Source: a candidate division FCPU426 bacterium (GTDB taxonomy: Bacteria; Oederibacteriota; JAAXVQ01; JAUVAV01). Taken from it: 52,784 nucleotides of DNA. How positions within the stretch are numbered: the stretch's first letter is position 1; each line of letters begins with the position of its first letter. The translations under genes were made by a program, and so were the position numbers. Below, piece after piece: positions 48,006 through 52,784 of this stretch. The stretch is taken from positions 1 through 52,784 of the forward strand of contig DAOWGI010000094.1 in assembly GCA_030637655.1 (NCBI GenBank), read 5' to 3'. Below the pieces are notes generated by a model. That model was not told the origin of the DNA. It ran no database searches and saw only the letters and a program-made list of their open reading frames with translations.

Positions 48006-49274
48006 TTAGTTTTTATACTTCGCAATTACCAGCGAGGCGTTCTGACCGCCAAAACCAAAACTATTGGATAAAAATGTGTTCACTTCAGCTTCCATAGCTT
48101 TATTTCCGACAACCTTGATCAAAATCTCCGGATCTTTCTCAAATTGATTAATGGTCGGATGCACCACACTCTTTTCCAGAGCCAAAATACCGGCAATAGC
48201 TTCAGTCCCGCCGCCGGCGCCCACCAAATGGCCGATCATGGATTTAGTGCTATGCACTAAGAGTTTATCCACCTGACCCGCAAACACTCTACATATTGCC
48301 CGGCTCTCGGATAAATCACCCAAAGTAGTTGAGGTTCCATGCGCGTTAATCAGATCGATCTCATCTTTGTTCACTCCCGCACTTTCTAAAGCCAGTTCCA
48401 TGGCCGCGCAAGCGCCCCGGCCTTCCGGATGCGGCGCTACCATGTCATACGCGTCACACGAAAAACCCCAGCCTTTTAATTCCCCGTATATTTTCGCGCC
48501 ACGCTGTTTGGCATGTTCCAGCGCTTCCAAACAGAGAATGCCGGCTCCTTCACCGAGCACAAATCCATCCCGATCTTTATCAAAAGGACGGCTGGCTGTT
48601 TCCGGCGAATCATTTCGTTCGGACAAAGCCTGGATATTCCCAAACCCCCCAAATCCCATTATATTCACTACAGCTTCCGCGCCACCGGCCAACATGGCAT
48701 CAGCCATGCCCATTTTAATCATCATGGCAGCTACTCCAATGCTGTGATTACCGGTAGCACAGGCTGAGTTCAGGGAAAAATTAGGCCCTTGCAAATTTAA
48801 CTCTATGGCTGTATAGGCAGACGCGGTACTGGGTATACAACCAATCACATAAAAAGGAGAGATGGTCTCCATGCCGCGTTCCACCGTATGTTTTATATTC
48901 CTAAATTGGGTCTCAATACCCGCGTCACCGGTTCCAATCAAGACGCCATATCGTCGAGGCGCTTTTTCAACTTCCAAACCCGAATTTTTAAAGGCCTGAA
49001 CCGCGGCAATGTGCCCCAGAACCGTATACCGGTCCAGACGCTTTACCATCTTCTTTTTTGGAAAATACTCTGCTATGTCCGGCAAATCAACTTCTGCCCC
49101 GATTTTCACAGGATAGCCAGTTAAGTCCGTATGCTGCGCCAAGCGGACTCCGGATTTTCCTGCCCTAAGATTATCCCAAAATTCGTCCACCGTATTTCCG
49201 ATGGGATTTATAGTTCCCATTCCGGTAATCACCACGCGCGTTTCCAAAGGATTGTGTTTGATATTCAAATTCAA
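48006..49274 (-). CDS. fabF: Beta-ketoacyl-ACP synthase II (FabF-like)
   Basis: SACATG, SRPFDKDRDGFVLGEG, NAHGTST, KSMIGH, NSFGFGG. Confidence 0.9.
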   Translation of the reverse strand: MNLNIKHNPLETRVVITGMGTINPIGNTVDEFWDNLRAGKSGVRLAQHTDLTGYPVKIGAEVDLPDIAEYFPKKKMVKRLDRYTVLGHIAAVQAFKNSGLEVEKAPRRYGVLIGTGDAGIETQFRNIKHTVERGMETISPFYVIGCIPSTASAYTAIELNLQGPNFSLNSACATGNHSIGVAAMMIKMGMADAMLAGGAEAVVNIMGFGGFGNIQALSERNDSPETASRPFDKDRDGFVLGEGAGILCLEALEHAKQRGAKIYGELKGWGFSCDAYDMVAPHPEGRGACAAMELALESAGVNKDEIDLINAHGTSTTLGDLSESRAICRVFAGQVDKLLVHSTKSMIGHLVGAGGGTEAIAGILALEKSVVHPTINQFEKDPEILIKVVGNKAMEAEVNTFLSNSFGFGGQNASLVIAKYKN

Positions 49275-49380
49275 GAGTTCCTTTTCGAGATTTTATTTTT
49301 AAAGGCGTTAATTATATATGAAAATTAGATATCTTCAAGTTAAAGTATAAATTATTTTCATTGTTTTTCATGATAATTAT

Positions 49381-49619
49381 TATTATTGTCCAAATTAAAA
49401 ATCAGCAACCACGGATGAACACTGATTAACACGGATTTTAAAAGCTGTTTCAGCATATTTACTGTTTTGCGTTTTTTAGACCTTATCAGTGTTTATCCGC
49501 CGGTCCTGGGATTCCTATTATTTAATATAGAGAGCAGGATGTTCATCTGTGGTTATTTAGGTTTTTAAAGGGTTTAATTGATTGATTTTTTATATTTTCT
49601 ATTTATTTGGACAGCAATG
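49381..49619. mobile_element. IS4-family-derived MITE with internal hairpin repeat
   Basis: Ends TATTATTGTCCAAAT / ATTTGGACAGCAATG; flanking 9-bp GATAATTAT / GACAATTAT; a solo end CATTGCTGTCCAAAT also lies near 16825. Confidence 0.6.
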
Positions 49620-49763
49620 GACAATTATGTATTTTTTAAGTAATTTTCTATTTTAACTGAGAAAATTTCCTAATTTAACTTATATCAATTTAGCAGTTCA
49701 GACACAATTTCAATAAAAATCACTTGCTAATTTTTTATATTAAACATTATTATATTTATAGAC

Positions 49764-50723
49764 ATGATAAAATATTCCAACTATGAGGTTTTACCAATGA
49801 ACAAATTATCTTCACCCAGACTTATGCTCATCACCACTATGTTGGGATTCCTATTGGTCACTTTTTTTCTTTGGGCGGATGAACTTTTTGATCTTCCGGC
49901 CTTAGTCCTCGGCGCAAACAAAACACCCGTAAATATAGCCGAAAGCCTCTTCGAATCACTCATTGTTCTGATGATCGCTGCCTTGACCGGAATATTTATA
50001 TTGTTTTTAGAGAAAAAAATCACCAAATTGAATGAAGAAAAAGCAAAAATCCTTTCCATTATTTCCCATGATTTAAATAATGCTTTTGTCGGTCTGCTGG
50101 GAAACACCAATTTGCTGCATGCCAAAGCGACTCAATTTGAACCCGATAAAATCGGCGAAATATCACTGGACATCAACCATTCCGCAAAACAGGTATCCGT
50201 CCTGCTGGCGAATTTACTCCAGTGGTCTAAACTGAACACAGGAATAATTCAGGCACATCCGGAAAACGCGGGATTACTGCCCCTGATTTCTCAAAACATC
50301 AAGTTACTGCATACCCCTGCCGCACTAAAAAAAATAACCATCACGCATCATATCGAAAACAGCATCTATGTTCGCGCAGATAAACCTATGCTCAATTCCA
50401 TTATTCAAAACTTATTAAACAATGCGATCAAATTCACACCTTCACAGGGGCGTATTCAGATCGAAAGCGTAACCGACCAAAACACCATTCATTTATATAT
50501 TTCCGATACCGGCATCGGCATGTCTGAAAATGAAATAAAAAACATCTTTAGTCTCAAGCTGGGAAATACCCGGCGTGGTACTGCCGGAGAAAAAGGAACC
50601 GGGCTGGGGCTTAGTATTTGCAAACAATTTATCGAGGCAAATCACGGCAGTCTGTCCATCCAGAGCCAACCCGGCCGGGGAACAAAAATCCGCATTGCCT
50701 TGCCCAGTGGTTCCGCGGTATAA
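49764..50723 (+). CDS. Membrane sensor histidine kinase (orphan)
   Basis: Two TM helices; SHDL H-box, NLLNNAIKFT N-box, DTGIG, GTGLGL; start may be 49797. Confidence 0.92.
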   Translation: MIKYSNYEVLPMNKLSSPRLMLITTMLGFLLVTFFLWADELFDLPALVLGANKTPVNIAESLFESLIVLMIAALTGIFILFLEKKITKLNEEKAKILSIISHDLNNAFVGLLGNTNLLHAKATQFEPDKIGEISLDINHSAKQVSVLLANLLQWSKLNTGIIQAHPENAGLLPLISQNIKLLHTPAALKKITITHHIENSIYVRADKPMLNSIIQNLLNNAIKFTPSQGRIQIESVTDQNTIHLYISDTGIGMSENEIKNIFSLKLGNTRRGTAGEKGTGLGLSICKQFIEANHGSLSIQSQPGRGTKIRIALPSGSAV

Positions 50724-50736
50724 GCAGGCGGCAGAT

Positions 50737-50885
50737 ATAAGCTGTCCCGGATTCAACGGACACTTTAATTAGGTTACAGTCAGCATTTTTTCCAGCTTTT
50801 CAGATATAAGCTAGTTTGATTTTGTCGATTATAAAAGCTCTCGACATATTCAAATATTTCTTTTCTTGCCACTTCTGATCAGCGT
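50737..50885 (-). mobile_element. IS3-family remnant (3' end of transposase plus right inverted repeat)
   Basis: Minus strand encodes EVARKEIFEYVESFYNRQ (integrase-core C-terminus), followed by GTGTCCGTTGAATCCGGGACAGCTTA. Confidence 0.75.
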
Positions 50886-51064
50886 CGATTATATTTCACC
50901 ATGCGGGGTAAACAGCAGCTAACATGGGTGTAAACAAAATTGTTGCAAGTTTTTTTAAAAAATTATAAGTTTATTTAAGATGCAAGCTGTAAATGTTCCT
51001 TTTTCGTTTAAATGAATGGCCTGACTTCGCGGCCCGCGGTTTAAAAAAACAGGAGGAAAAACCG

Positions 51065-52285
51065 ATGCGGATATTACAGAAAATTTCATTACTTCTATTG
51101 GGGTGTTTAGCGATGACAGTTTTTACTGACAATGTGTTTGCTGAAGTTGGAGACGATTCTGACCTGAACACGGTTGTGGAGGGGAATTCCGCATTCGCGC
51201 TTGATCTTTATTCCAAATTGGGAAAGAAGCAAGGCAATCTTTTCTTCTCGCCCTACTCGATCTCAACGGCACTGGGCATGGTCTATGGGGGAGCCCGGGG
51301 AAATACCGAAAAACAAATGGCCGAGGTGCTCCATTTTACTTTAGCTCAAAAACAGTTTCATCCCGCATTTGCTCGGCTCGAAGCCCGATTAAATGCTGAC
51401 CAAAAGAGTGAAGACATTGACTTAAATATTGCGAATGCGCTGTGGATTCAGAAAGACTATAGTATACTCAAAAACTTTCTCGATTTGCTTAAGACGAACT
51501 ACCAAGCCGGACCAAGACCGGTAGACTTCATACGCGCTCCTGAAGACGCGCGCAAGAAGATTAATGCCTGGGTGGAGGAGGCAACCAAAGCCAAGATCAA
51601 GGACCTGATAAAAGCGGGGGTTCTTGGTCCCATGATTCGGCTGGTCTTGGTCAACGCGATTTATTTCAAAGGAAATTGGAGCAGTCGGTTTGAAAAGAGA
51701 CTCACGCAAGCTGCTCCCTTTCGTATGGAATCCGGAAAGACGGTAAGCGTGCCAATGATGACCAAGACCTTCCGGTTCGCATATGGTGAGAGTGATAATC
51801 TGCAGCTCCTGGAATTGGCTTATGGGAAAGGCGATTTTTCCATGATCGTGTTACTCCCCAAGAGGGATGAGGGACTGGACGAACTGGAAAAAAAAATGAG
51901 TGTAAAAAACTTAAAAATCTGGCTGAACACTCTCAAAGAAAGGGAGGTTGCGGTATTTTTGCCAAGATTTAAGCTGACCTCTGAATTCGGTCTGGATAAA
52001 ACGCTGGCTGCGATGGGCATGCCTACTGCTTTTCGGGAGGCCGATTTTTCCGGCATAGATGGTACCAAAAAGTTGGAGATTTCTGCTATCCTGCACAAAG
52101 CCTTTATCGATGTGAATGAAGAAGGAACAGAGGCGGCCGCCGCCACATCCGTAATGGTGGGAATCACGTCGGTCCGGCCCTCACCTCCGGTTTTCCGCGC
52201 CGATCATCCCTTTATATTCTTGATTCGCGAGAATCGTTCGGGAAGCATTCTATTCCTGGGAAGAATTGTTAATCCAAAAACATAG
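51065..52285 (+). CDS. Secreted serpin (serine protease inhibitor)
   Basis: Start MRILQK after AGGAGG; NLFFSPYSI, NAIYFKG.W, hinge EEGTEAAAAT, FRADHPF.FLI. Confidence 0.95.
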   Translation: MRILQKISLLLLGCLAMTVFTDNVFAEVGDDSDLNTVVEGNSAFALDLYSKLGKKQGNLFFSPYSISTALGMVYGGARGNTEKQMAEVLHFTLAQKQFHPAFARLEARLNADQKSEDIDLNIANALWIQKDYSILKNFLDLLKTNYQAGPRPVDFIRAPEDARKKINAWVEEATKAKIKDLIKAGVLGPMIRLVLVNAIYFKGNWSSRFEKRLTQAAPFRMESGKTVSVPMMTKTFRFAYGESDNLQLLELAYGKGDFSMIVLLPKRDEGLDELEKKMSVKNLKIWLNTLKEREVAVFLPRFKLTSEFGLDKTLAAMGMPTAFREADFSGIDGTKKLEISAILHKAFIDVNEEGTEAAAATSVMVGITSVRPSPPVFRADHPFIFLIRENRSGSILFLGRIVNPKT

Positions 52286-52295
52286 GGCCGGGTCT

Positions 52296-52715
52296 TTATA
52301 CAAATCGATCAAACAACCGCGATGCACCAAGAGTTGGGAGGCGTAAAAGGAATCGTTGACGAGGTGTTAGCGCTTGCCACGGTCGGCGTAGATGATGGTA
52401 TTTTGAATTTGGTCGCCAGTGAGTCTCTGCAAGCTCAATCTTGCCTCCGAGCTCTGACAGTACTCGATCAAGATTTTCCCATAGGTAAGGATGGGCGGGG
52501 ATGTAGCCGCACAGCGTGATAGCAGAAGCTATGCGCTCGATATCAAAGAGTGATTCTCTGAGAAATGGGATATCGATCCGCTCATCCGACTCGGTTCCAG
52601 AGGCGCTGCAGCTGACCCTTAGGCCAGTTGCATGCGTTAGGCTATTGGCTATGGCCTGGGTAGCGGGTAGTTGGGAAGCATCTGCAAAGCGCCACTTACC
52701 CAGTACAAGACCCAT
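52296..52715 (-). CDS. Hypothetical protein
   Basis: 139-aa ORF starting 2 bp after the stop of an upstream ORF that enters from the right edge. Confidence 0.5.
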   Translation of the reverse strand: MGLVLGKWRFADASQLPATQAIANSLTHATGLRVSCSASGTESDERIDIPFLRESLFDIERIASAITLCGYIPAHPYLWENLDRVLSELGGKIELAETHWRPNSKYHHLRRPWQALTPRQRFLLRLPTLGASRLFDRFV

Positions 52716-52784
52716 GACTAGCTACCACCGTTTTGAGCACTGGGTACGAAATCAGGCGCTGTGCTTCCGATTGCACCCGCCATA

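Overview
A 52.8-kb bacterial window, probably from an anaerobic diderm (TonB receptor, sigma-54 system, orp-like cluster); the taxonomy cannot be fixed from sequence alone. From left to right it holds: a group II intron maturase remnant at the edge; a DUF2628 gene; a wHTH/nucleotidyltransferase pair; a PQQ beta-propeller; ldhA; a DtxR-FeoA/feoB/Cys-rich peptide iron-uptake operon with a perfect operator palindrome; a TonB receptor plus metal ABC operon with two NikR-like boxes and a frameshifted permease; a tandem kinase-like protein; an Ig-domain alpha/beta hydrolase; and an orphan RND pump. A roughly 12.5-kb minus-strand run resembling an expanded Desulfovibrio 'orange protein' (orp) cluster follows, with its PAS-sigma-54 activator, a -24/-12 promoter and candidate upstream sites. 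The most striking locus is 39.2-49.3 kb: a stand-alone type II FAS-like cluster (FabF, second KS, FabG, enoyl reductase, FabZ, PPTase) merged with a polyketide beta-branching cassette (HMG synthase, ECH1, ECH2, AcpK-like ACP) and a serine-palmitoyltransferase-like alpha-oxoamine synthase, with no modular PKS in the window. It may make a methyl-branched sphingoid-like or aminoketone lipid. A histidine kinase, an IS3 remnant and a secreted serpin close the window. Intergenic regions are rich in REP-like palindromes and MITEs. All calls come from motif recognition by eye; no searches were run.
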